NCBI RefSeq assembly: GCF_006345805.1
Contig: NC_042997.1
Span: 88,226,001 to 88,290,000 of the forward strand
DNA: 64,000 nucleotides
Direction of reading: 5' to 3'
DNA from: Octopus sinensis
Lineage: Eukaryota
Shown here piece after piece: positions 26,020 to 37,612 of the stretch. Made by a program: the position numbers and the translations under genes. Position 1 is the stretch's first letter. Each line of letters opens with the position of its first letter. Under the pieces are notes generated by a model. It worked only from the letters and a program-made list of their open reading frames with translations, was not told the DNA's origin and did no database searches.

Positions 26020-26620
26020 AATATGTATGGTAGAAAAAGAAAATATAGAAAGCTTCTAACAATACAGAAAGTTTTACAAAAACTTTTATATTTCAGAAGG
26101 AAGCAGTCCAAGAAATGACTAGTTACATCAATTTCATTATTTTATTTAAACCAGTGGTTCTCGACCATTTTTTACTTGTAGACTCCTTTGATCTACTACT
26201 CTATTCTGGTGGACCTCCAAAGCCATTCAATGTGTAAAAACTAGTTTTATAGACATTCCTTTCAAAACTCCTATTTTGTTTTTCACACAATAACTTATTT
26301 AATTTGAACTATGTGAAACATAAGAGTTAAGAAACCTTGCTGTTTCTTGTAATAAATACATTTAAAGCAAATTTTTTTCATGGACTCTTAAAATACTACT
26401 GTGGATCCTCAATTTACTATTTTGCTTACATGGACCCCCAGGGGTCATATGGATCCCAGTTTAAATAAAATAATGAAATCAGTGTAATTAGACATTTCTT
26501 GGACTGCTTCTTTCTGATGATGGGTCTTTGTACCTGAAATATAAAGGTTTTTGTAAAACTTTCTGCATTGTTAGAAGGTTTCTATATTTTCCTTTTCTTT
26601 TTCTACTTATGTACTACAAT
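26020..26620. repeat. Inverted repeat (arms ~26020-26150 and ~26460-26620) enclosing a MITE; right arm carries a hammerhead-like motif
   Basis: Left arm AAATATAGAAAGCTTCTAACAATACAGAAAGTTTTACAAAAACTTTTATATTTCAG-AAGGAAGCAGTCCAAGAAATG..TTTATTTAAA is the reverse complement of 26460-26590, apart from a ~19-nt deletion in the left arm. Confidence 0.88.
26152..26460 (+). mobile_element. hAT-type MITE remnant
   Basis: Begins CAGTGGTTCTCGACC (hAT-like TIR) and has internal GGACCCCCAGGGGTCATATGGATCCCAGT. The right TIR appears deleted. Confidence 0.55.
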
Positions 26621-27499
26621 GTTTCATGCAAACTACAATTCAGTATTGTTTATTACACTAAACAGCTGGGAATTACTGAAAAACAATTGAGTGTAGAGTA
26701 CACTTAAAATTTATTTGTTTATTTGCTATTACTGAAGAAGGATAATCTTACATTAAAACAAACATGTTGGTCATTGAAACTAACTTTTTAAAGCCTGTAT
26801 GGAAAACAATGTCATTTTAACCTTTGATAGTGATTGAAACAGAGCCACTTCATCAATTCTTATGTTTATGTATCATGTCATTCATTTAATGGAAATCAGT
26901 GGCATGTTTTACTCTAGAGACGAAATGCTGCAATAAGTGATGATGTTGATGACAATGATGTAAAAGAAAGATTTATATTGCACACTTAACAGTTCTGTTT
27001 AACAAAACACAATGTGTGTTTCTAGAGTTTTATATATTTACAGAAGATGTTAAAAGCATATTATTTTGGAAATATCAGCCAGAATTCAGGATAATTAAAG
27101 TTTTTGGCTTCCACTTGAAACCTGAGACAGACAAATGTATTTTGACAGCTAGTATCAGTATGTTCCATATTTGGGGGACTGTAGTATTCTATACATTGTT
27201 TTCAGGACCATTATTGATCGGTTCTTGACAAAATTCAAATTAGTTTCTGAGAATATATTGAAAGAGATCAGTGAAGTAAGAATTAGAGCAAGATTGTTTT
27301 AGTGTATACACACATTTATTGATAATCAATGTGTACTGATCAATGTAAAGGATGCCTGTCTATTGAAGGGGATCTTGGAAGCTTTTGAATTCGATGCTGT
27401 TTTGAGGATACTGAATTGTTAATATTTGAAACTATGATCAAGTTAACGTGACCTTGGTCTGATCAGGGGCAATTTTTTTTTCTGACATATTTAATGTTA

Positions 27500-28620
27500 T
27501 ACAGAGTATAGTTGAGCGATTAATAAAATAACAAGATTTATATGTTCAACATCCTAATAGAAAAATGCTTGTATAACATTGCTACACTTTCATTGATTTA
27601 AGAAAGGTATTTGACCATGTTTAGCATGGAGTGTTATTGTCTATATTGAGGCAATATAACATTAGTCTATGAATAATATATGTTATAGTCATTATATGTA
27701 CTTGAAGAAATTCTGGTTGGGGTTGGAAACTCTCCAAGTAACTGGTTTAAAACAATAGCTGGTGGTAGACAGGGGTGCATTCTTTCACAAAAAACTTTTA
27801 GTCTGTTTCTAAAATATATGATGCTGGAAGCCCTAAGTCTTTTGGAGAAAATCTTAATGAGGTAGAGATGTCAGTAATCTCCATTTTGACAATGATATTG
27901 ATGTAACAGAAGAAAATGAAAAAGAATATTTTAACGCAAACTGCAGGAAAATATGGAAATAATAGCTTAAAAATTGAAAATAATAGTAGCTAATACACTT
28001 GAGAAGAAAATAGTCAATCTAATCGAAATAGCATAGGAAATGCTTAAACAAGTTGATAAATTTAAATATTTCAGAAGAGATCAAAGAAAGAAGCCAAATG
28101 CTGGATTGCATCAACTACAGCATCTTCAGTAAAATTAGACTCTGTCTTGAAGAATAAAAAATTGCAATAACCACAAAAATTCATTTAAGAGCCATAATAA
28201 TTTTAACTGCACATTATGGATGTTAGATGTTGAAAGTGAGAAAAAGATCATGACCTTTGAAATGGAATGTTATAGTAAGATACTTCACATTCCATATACA
28301 GAACATCAAACAAACAAGATTATTAGGAAAGAAATTCTTGGAAAGATTGTGAACCAAGTAACTCTTCTATCAGTTGTCAAAAGGCAGAAAATGGAGTGGT
28401 GTGGTCATGTAACTCATGACACCATATTCTAGTGAATATGGTTGTGCACGAACAAACTCCCAATAAAAGAATAGGAAAATCACAAAGGTGGCGGCTTAGC
28501 AACATCAAGGAATGGATAGAAAGGAAGATGATAGAAAGCATAAGGTTGAAGGACAAAAAAGAAAGATGGAGAGAGGAGGTTGTGTCTCTTGTAATATACT
28601 TACAGACTTCTTAGGCTATG
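27500..28620 (+). pseudogene. Heavily decayed RTE LINE RT fragment
   Basis: FIDLRKVFDHV, GGRQGCILSQKLFSLFL, ISNLHFDNDID (decayed RFADDID), LKQVDKFKYF, KIMTFEMECYSKILHIPYTEH and VKRQKMEWCGHVT. Confidence 0.8.
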
Positions 28621-29920
28621 GATTACAAAGATTCTAATAGTAACGGTGATATCCCAAAAACAACGACTAAATAATCATTCAGATCAAGAAAATATAAAAT
28701 AAACCAGCTATGAAATGAAAAATGCTTTACCAGAAATAAAAATTAAATGAAAACCAGTTAAAAGCTTTGTATTTAGGTCAAACTTTCCATTTTAGTTCCT
28801 TAGCTTTTAGTTTCTCTTTACAAAAGAAAGCCATTTCAGTAATATTATACATCTATGTAATTTCTGTATATTTAGATATTATAGCAAAAGAAGAAAAATG
28901 GCTGCTAAAAATAAATTTATTTCGTTAATTAGTGGATGTGAACAAAATGTTTGCAATCAAGCAATTTTCTTAAGAATTATTTAGAATTATTTAAGTTTTT
29001 TTCTTTTTTTTTCAATGTCATATATCAAATGATCACATGCCAATTTATGCTGATATATTTTATCAAGTAGTTTACTGTTTATTCAAACTTGGTTTTAAAA
29101 TGTATAACAAGGAGATACAGATACACTTAAGCTTCTACTGTTTAAGACAGCAATATCTACAAAAGAAAATATGAATCAAATATTGGACATTTTGAAGAAC
29201 TGGGATATATAGAAAATGCAAAGGAGAAGGAACATCAAATATACAATTTTAGCATGTGAAACTTTCTGATAATTACTTTAAATTAATCTGAGGATGACTA
29301 CACAAGGGAAATATTGGTTTATACAGTGTCAAATAGTACCAGAAAATAGTGTCATTTAGTGTCTAAATTTAGTAAATAACCAAGCTGTTTTCTAATTACA
29401 TGTTAAATTGTTGGATAGTGTTATAACTACTACAGTTACAACCACCACCATAATACAAATGTAGAAGAGCTTTATTCTAAAGAATAGAAAATATTTCTAG
29501 ATGAATGTATTCCTTCAAAGCATCAAAACAAGATGAGAAGAAAGAAAATGATTATTGAAATTTGGATTCCATCAATGAACTGTTATACATTTCGTATCAA
29601 ATTAATCGTATAATTAAAATCCTTCTGGAAATTATTGCCTTCTTTCATATCCTACTATAAAAGAAGAAAGAAGTAAGCTACAACTGGTTTCCTAATTTTT
29701 CTAATATAAATTTGTTATTTATTAATAATTTTATATATAATGCTTTTCATATATTTTAATTTTCCACACTGTTGTATATATGTGTGAAGATCTACTCTGT
29801 TATGTATACTTGTATATGTGTGTGTATATTAATAAGTGTATATTTATCTAGAAAGACAACTTTCCAATTTTCCATCGTTAAACAAAGGTTTTCTAAAGCT
29901 ATTTTTTTTATCTTTGACAG

Positions 29921-30081
29921 GGATGAATCTTTCAATTTGTCAAATGTTAGTCGGACCTTGAGTGAACAGATGCATGAATTGGTGCGTGCCTTTTCAAGTC
30001 GCACGCAAAGAGTGAAAGAAAAGACAACTCAGCCTCCCACACCAACATCATCATCACTCTCCAGTCTTGAGGTCCAGTCAG
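29921..30081 (+). CDS. CNGB1: Internal coding exon of a cyclic nucleotide-gated channel beta subunit (N-terminal cytoplasmic region, CaM1/LQ-site counterpart)
   Basis: Acceptor TTTTTTTTATCTTTGACAG|G at 29920/29921 and donor CAG|GTTAGT at 30081/30082 (phase 2 in, phase 1 out). Translation DESFNLSNVSRTLSEQMHELVRAFSSRTQRVKEKTTQPPTPTSSSLSSLEVQS aligns by eye with human CNGB1 ...[29 protein letters not shown]. The symbol denotes the family; an invertebrate gene would be co-orthologous to CNGB1 and CNGB3. Confidence 0.85.
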
Positions 30082-30799
30082 GTTAGTTTTATATCTCATT
30101 ATATCAACAGTTACTTAAAATAGTTATTCCATGTTGAATGCATGACAACTGGAATTAAAAGCAAAAGGTATTTACTGTCTTGATTTCATTCCTTGATAGT
30201 TTATTTATGTAAAGGTAAAGTGTAGTTCTGGGGATAAAACTATCAACATACTGACTACTGTGATTAAACTTACAAGGGTGTTTTGTTCTGTGACTTTGAG
30301 CATGACATTTATTTCCAGCTGTTTGAATTTACCTTGCTAGAGAACAAGAACTAAGCCTGATCAGAAAGTTACCAACAATAAACTAGCTTCTTATTCACAG
30401 ATCAATATATCTCATTCGTTAAATGCTACAAAAGTAGACATGAATGCCACTACAACAAACTCTTGGGATTTATCAAAGTATTTACCTTGTGTTACTGGCT
30501 TTCACATTGAAGATGACAGATTTATAAAAAAAAATGCTCCCATCCACACTTCATTATCTTTGCCATTCATGATTTTTGTAACTGATATTTTTTATTTTTC
30601 TGAAGCATTCTCGTTAATAAATGTTAAAGATATATTTGAATTTTTGAAATAGTTTTATTCTAAGAGATTTCAACTGATTTCCAACTTATGAGCCAACAAT
30701 GGTAATAGTGATAATTATTGAGGTATAACATAGGCACACAAAGTCTCAAATCTGGAAAGAGGTTATTCTAGATTTAATTGATTTAGTACTTGACTGGTA

Positions 30800-31530
30800 C
30801 TTATATTATTGACCTCTTGAAGAATGAAAATAAAGTTGGACTGTTGGGATTTGACTGTAGAATGTAAAGAGACATAACTAAATACTAGAAGGCATCTTGT
30901 CCAATACTCTATCATTTTTCCCAACTTTGATTCCCATAACCCTTCAAATTGTTGGGACATGACTGAAGGTATTGTTTTCATGAGATATATCTAGTGCAAG
31001 TCAGTTTGGTGGAGCCCATTCGACACAGGGCTATACTGATGCTAAGATTTAGACATAGCATTGCGAATTAATGAAACAGTAGTCAATTACATAATGCTTC
31101 CAACATTATAACTCTAAGCTGCAAATCCCTACAATAAGCTTTTTGAGTTCTAAATGTTCCAGATATTGATGTAGTACACTCTAATAAATCCTTTTGCTGA
31201 CAGTCTAGCTTATCAGCCTATCCAACTGGCTGACATTTTTTCTGTCTTAAACAGCTGTAAGTTACTACTCTTCATCAAGAAATATATTTAAAGTGAGTAA
31301 TTTCTCAAAACAACTTCAGTCTGTCTTGAATGGTTATGTTTAACCTTTCCATTAAGGAACCAACTTTCTAAAATCCCTATTGATGTCTAATAAATCTAAA
31401 AATTGTGTGGTAACAATATTTCTCCCAACTCAGCTAATAATGAGTCAGTTATTCTTACTTGTTTATAGTTCCCACTGTAGAAATATGATCCATCATGAAA
31501 GTGCAGTAATAGCATCCAGATCTCACTCAA
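30800..31530 (-). pseudogene. Possible very old CR1/L2-type RT remnant
   Basis: Weak decayed resemblance to the FADD and adjacent RT regions on the minus strand; no intact motif. Confidence 0.2.
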
Positions 31531-31853
31531 ATTGTACCTTAAGAACACTCTAATCTAGTCACAGCTACATTAGGTCTAGAAAAAAAGCAAGATAGTTGTG
31601 ACTGAAATACTTGGACCAAGGGTTATCTGAAGCACAACAACAATAAATATAGAAATGCTGAAATACTGAGAGGTAGAAAGGTTTGACTACTTTGTTATTG
31701 GTCACTCAATTCTACATGGTTTTCTAAAAGGTTATAGTTGTTATTTAAATTGCTGCACTTTAAATGGGTTTTGCACATAATACCTGTATTACCTTTATAT
31801 TCATATATCAAGAATCATTTGAAAATGGCACCTTACAACTTGTACTTCATTAA

Positions 31854-32070
31854 CCCTTCTGATACCAACCTGTCCAAGACTGCCTTGGTTCTAAGATATA
31901 AGCTGTATGTTTTTTATTGTTCTAAATTAAAACCTTCCCACTAAATTTCATGCCAATTTATGTTCCAAACATCAGTTTAATAACAACAAAGTTATTTTAC
32001 TAAATTCATCATTATTTTCAAAATTAATTGAAACAAAGGCAGTGTATTTAAATGGAAATATGGTAAAGAG
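31854..32070. mobile_element. TTAA-flanked (piggyBac-type) MITE; second, oppositely oriented copy at about 54860-55125
   Basis: TTAA at 31850-53 and 32071-74 with CCCTT...AAGAG ends. The internal GAATTTAGTAAAATAA.TTTGT segment is shared in reverse orientation with 54920-54980. Confidence 0.5.
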
Positions 32071-35000
32071 TTAATGAAGCCTATATTTCTTAAAGTTATT
32101 ACTTAGATGGAAGAGGAAACAATGCCTATCTTTTCAACTTCTCCCAGGCTAAGGTAGTTCATATTCATCGAAGAGAGACAATTTAGGTAGTGAGCATTTC
32201 AGAGTGTTAAGCTTGATTTACCCAATTATTTAGTGTGGGCTTTGGATAATAAGATGCAGTTAGTATGATATGAGGAGGAGAGTCAGGTAAACTTGGGAAG
32301 AGGTATTACATAGCTTTTTACAGAGAAGCAAAAAAACTGTTGAAGTAGCAATAGATGAGAAAGAAGAAGAAACAGTGCACCAGTATATTAGTGGTTGTCA
32401 CATGCTGGCATATGAACTGCAGATCAACTGAATAGGCTTCTTTTCTTTTTTTTAGTCTGTTTCTTTTTTTGCAATTTTGTAATTAGTCTAAGATGTTGTT
32501 TAGGCTCAAATCAGCCTACATTGCCTGAGCCTATTACAAAAAGCATCTTCATCTGTTTTGAATGTCTGAGATTATATTATCTAGAGTGTCTTTCTTGTTT
32601 AAGATTTAAAGAATATTTGATTTTTGATTTGAAGGACTTGATAATGCTATTCAGTTTGAAAGATATTTGGTTCCTATTTCTAGTAAATTGAACAATCTCA
32701 TAGGGGCTCTCTCAATGGCTCATACAGAATCTCAGACAGTTGTTTGTGTAGAAGTAGTAGCAGTGCTAACTATTTAAGCAATCTTGTAACATGAACTATA
32801 CTTAAATTTTACTGAAGCAGCAGCTGATTAGAGTTGAAGTATATTTTAGTTCTAAAGATGAGAAGCAGATGGTACCTATAAGCAAATAACTTTGTTAGAT
32901 TAGTTTTGTACCAGTTACAATTAAAAGTTGATGTTGAGTGTAATGACATTCTGTTCTAGAAAGTCATTAATCACTAGAATGTAATGTAGAAGAGCAGATC
33001 TCTAGTGGATCTAACTCTATGGAAATTACTAAAGGTTATTGAAAAGAGACAGTGCCTCAATATGATAAAAGAAGTGGTGATTTGATGCTAGCTCAGAAGC
33101 ACAGTTTGAAAATAATTGCAATAACACCATCAATACTGGTCACCTTGTTATATTATAGTAACCAGAGAAGTTTCCTTGGCAATTCTATGCATGTTGTAAT
33201 GAAGGAGGTTGGATAGAAAAGCAAATCAAGAACAGTTTTGTTGTGTGAATGCAGTGTAGAATTGGAGGCAGAGTATGCAAAAAATATAGTTGCTTTATCA
33301 AATGGATCTCATTGTAGGTGAGATAGTTATGAAGATTCAGCAAAGTTATGAGAATGCATGACATATAATGTACAAAGGGATCCTTTTGAACACTGGTTCC
33401 ACTTGGGGACAATAAGAAACTTACTCTAGATGTACATTTTCATATGAACCATTGGGATTGTGAGGAACATGAAGGAACTTATTGAGAAGGGTAGCCAGCC
33501 ATTCACTTGACCATCTTGACTGAGTCAAAGGGAAGAATACCTGGTGTTAATGGTGATCAGGATAGAATTTGCACCGTCTTAACTAGTTAGCTGTCTTAAA
33601 GTACTACAGGGCTGAAAGAGTAGGGGAGGGGTTTTGTGGAGTGATGTGCTCTTTTTAAGCAGTGATCAAATAAATTTAATAAATGCAAATTCTGATGACA
33701 GGTAAAAAACTGGGTTTAGATGTTAAAAAGAGGTAAAGTTTGTTTAATTAATCTTTAAACTACTACTACTACTATCACAAGCCCTATACAGGAGCTACAA
33801 TTCTACTCCTGTAGTTACTACTACTACTAGTCTAATAGCTGGTGGATGTATTAGAATATTCATATGATCAAATCTCAAGCTTATTGATATGATGAAACTG
33901 CAATTATTTCTTTACTGTGTTGACGTTACTGCTGCCACTGCTGTTGTTACTACTACTACTGCTGCTGCTGCTGTCATTTTGCTCTCACGTAGTCAGAAAA
34001 AGTAAATTATTGCTTATTGCAAATGTCTGAAAGCTGACTGTTTTAACATTTCAGCTCTATTTAGATTCCATTCAGATTATTGCATATTAAATACCAAAAG
34101 AAAAAAAAGAAAAAAACAAGAATTATTTATGCCTCATGCTTAGACTCATTTGAATGATTTCTTCTCTACAGCAATCTTTTGTAAAAGGCTTCTCTGTTAA
34201 AGATAAGAAAAGAGTAATAACCAATAGTATTTAAATGTCTGCATAGGTGCGATTGTCAAGTGCTTATGTGCACATGTGTGTTCTTGTCGATACTAGCATT
34301 TAAAGATTAGTTTTTAAATGTTTAAATGCTGAATATAGTTTAAAAACACACAAGCACACAATATAGAGAGTTGTAGATGGCTGATTTAATAGGATTCTGA
34401 AAATCTATAAAGTATGAAGAGTTTGTAGTTGTCACTGGTGCTGCACTGTACCCTTTGTCTGGCAATAATATACTGTGTCTAGTTCACCTGATTGTAAGTG
34501 GTACTACAAAGAAATGTAGCTGAAAACCAAAACTAGGGAAAGCACTAAACTTGATGAATGTTTCATTGGCTTGTATTCTTGAGTTCAACTACATCCACAA
34601 ATATGGTTAGAAGAAGCATTGTTTCCAAAATTACCTCACCTATATAACTGGGCAGACATAGCTATCTAGTTAAGCCTTTTTTTTTTGCTTAATATCCATG
34701 TAGTTCAAAGTTTGATCCCACTTTGTGGTACTTTGGTAAAATATCTTCCACTACCACAGTCTTAAGTTGACCAAACCTTGTGAGTTATATAGGGAAGATG
34801 AAAACTATTTGGAAATTTATTGTGATTTTAAGTTCTACTCCACTTCTTGATACCTTGGGCAAGTGTCTTTTATTCTAGCCTCACCTTGACAAATGCGTTG
34901 TCAATGAAATTTGTAGATGGAAACTGTATGGAAGCTTATATATATATATATATAAATGTCTGTTGATTTGCCAAGAAGCAATAAATTACAGAACTCAATA

Positions 35001-35188
35001 CATAAGTGTAAAATGTTTTTTAATACATTGTAAGTGAAATGCTTATAACTCCAGTATTCCAAGTTACATGTTTCTGATCATTCAGCTGGTGATTTGAGCC
35101 TGCGAAAAATTACACAGATGTGTAGAATGATCTAGTGGTGATGCTGGGCTTTGTAATTTTTTCATAGCTCCCATGGTTACCGAGATAA

Positions 35189-35644
35189 TCTACTATAATA
35201 ATACTCTTGTGTTTATGAATGAGAAAGGAAAGGGTGAAAGATGAATAAGGAAAGAAGGGGTGATGTCATACTTGGTAGTGGGATGATGAAAATTGCATGC
35301 TGAAAAAAATAAATCAAACAGTATTTCAACTCTGTGTGAATATATGTGTGTGTATGTAAAAGGGAGGGGGTTTGTGAATGTGTGTGTTTGTGTGTGCATG
35401 CACAATGGAAGTAGAATGGTTCATCTTTGTTAGCTTAGTATTTGGGTTTATTTTTTGATTTGGTTGAACCTTGGCTGTTTTTCTTTTGTTGGTCAGTTGT
35501 TATTTTTAGCATTTTGACAGAAAAAAGTCATTCTAAAATTGTTTTTTAATGTAAGCATGCCCAAACAAGTTGAATGCTTACATAGAGCAGGTTTTACAAC
35601 CACATCATCCAAACTGACCGGGTGAAACCGGGCTTAGCTGCTAG
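35189..35644 (+). mobile_element. Probable non-autonomous Helitron (456 bp)
   Basis: 5' A|TCTACTATAATAATA. At the 3' end a hairpin CCGG-GTGAAA-CCGG (35618-35631) lies 9 nt before CTAG|T. This gives an AT insertion site with no TSD. Confidence 0.5.
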
Positions 35645-37454
35645 TATGTATATAAGCAGCACATGCAAAAGCAACACATACAAAAGTGATTGTTTCAAGC
35701 TCACATTTTTCAATCCATTTCTGGCTCTCTTGATACTTCCAACGTATTAAGCTTCATACAAACAAGTCACTCTTGTAACTTGCCTCATGAAATTGCATTG
35801 TTGTCTAAGTAATATTTTTAAAATAATGGATGAGTGTACATGCATTTGTATGTATGTGTTCACTGTATGTGCATCTGTATATGCACATATATACAACACA
35901 CTCATGAACCCATATATGCATATGTATAAGCATATATACTCATATACATATACAAGTACATATACTTATATACACATATTTTTTTAAAGTTTATCTCTAC
36001 AGATTTTCTGTACAATTGAGAGCCAACAATGTAAGTTATGATGTTATGTCTATGAATATATTTATGTAACAAGGTGATCAAAAATAGAAAAATTGGTAAT
36101 AGGTGTGTATGCAATTAATAATTAACATACATTTATACACACACACACACACACACATACATTTACATATGTTAATTGAACATTTCAAAACCAACACACA
36201 AACACTATAAATGTCCTTGATCTCTTTCTCATCTCAGAACCTAACTCCACTCAAACCATCATCAACTCTGCACTTATGAAATTGTGTGATTTCAACATTA
36301 TCACAACTACTCACCATATACCTGCATATGACACAAAACCCTCTAACTTCTCAGATTTTAAGTTAGCATGTAATACTTGGAGTAAATCACCTATCTATTA
36401 ATACTGTCTGACTGAACTTTAACCAAAGCTACAATTCCTACAAGGTCATCATCCAAACTGTGAATGATACTTTTGCGTTTCACACTGTGTAGACTAACTA
36501 TCTAGTCTCCCAAATTGCAGTTAATCATTTTGACACCTTACCACAAGGATCTCTACCAATTTTGTGGAATCTTCTTAGCTTTCACTCCTCAACCATGAGG
36601 GTTCTGTAAGCAGTACTCCTAGGAAGGAAACTTTCACATTCCCTGTTTGCTTTACAACCCATTCTCCATGGCATATATTAGATGAATCTCTCCAAAACTT
36701 TTGATTTCTACTCCGCCAGCCTCAACACCATTTAAATATATATATAAAGTTTGAAAACACTTTTACTTGTATTTGACCAACAAGGCCACCAGCTTTAACA
36801 ATGTCCTTGCCATTACCCTCAAACATTAAATGATAGAACTACAACATAGCCTCACCAAATTCTCAAGTCTCAGTTTCTCTCCTTTTCTTTTTCTCTCTCT
36901 CACTACCCCCTTTCCACTTTGGTTTTATTCCCTACATCCTTCTTTCAGTATATATCAATTACCTACTTACCATCACTTCCAACAACACTCAGTCTTGTGC
37001 ACATGAATCCCCTCCTTCACTGTTCATTAATTTTGTGAACCTTAACATCATCCACATGTAACTTAGATATCCATGCCAAAATTGTTCCGACTCCATGAAC
37101 AAAGAGCACAAAAACATTCTCTGAAGGGATCATGGCATTCTTGTCTCCCTCAATAACAAAATGACATAATCAGTGTACATATCAATAAAAAATTGCATCA
37201 GCTCCCCAAACATGAATAGCACACAACTAGAGCCCTCAACATTGCTACAAATACGGACCTCATCATCACTGAGCAGCTCTCCTAAAGAGTGCATACTTAA
37301 TAATATAACAAAGACTGCATCCTAAAGACTTGGAAATAATTCAGTCTTCATCAACCATTCAACCACTAACCCTCTAAATGCCCAAGTGAAACCCATAATA
37401 GTGTATTTTATAAAAAAAAATTTACTTAATAGTTAAGGGCAATACCCATGATCA

Positions 37455-37612
37455 TTACAAGACTTCTGAGACTGGTGGGTGGGAGGATTAAGGTGTCCTC
37501 AAATCAGGCATCTAGTCCAAATACTTGTAACAAAGTGGATTCTGCTAAAGGCACCCAAGGACTAGGTGATGCTGTTAAACTGAGTGATAGATAAGTCCAC
37601 TACATGTGAAGC
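37455..37612 (+). repeat. Dispersed repeat family D (other copies 37755-37835 on +, 44525-44800 on -)
   Basis: CTAGTCCAAATACTTG..CCAAGGACTAGGTGATGCTGTTAAACTGAGTGATAGATAAGTC matches the reverse complement of 44525-44640 (CTGGTCCAAATTCTTG..CAAGGGCCAGGTGGTGGTCTTAAACTGAGTGATGGATTAAGTC). Confidence 0.65.
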
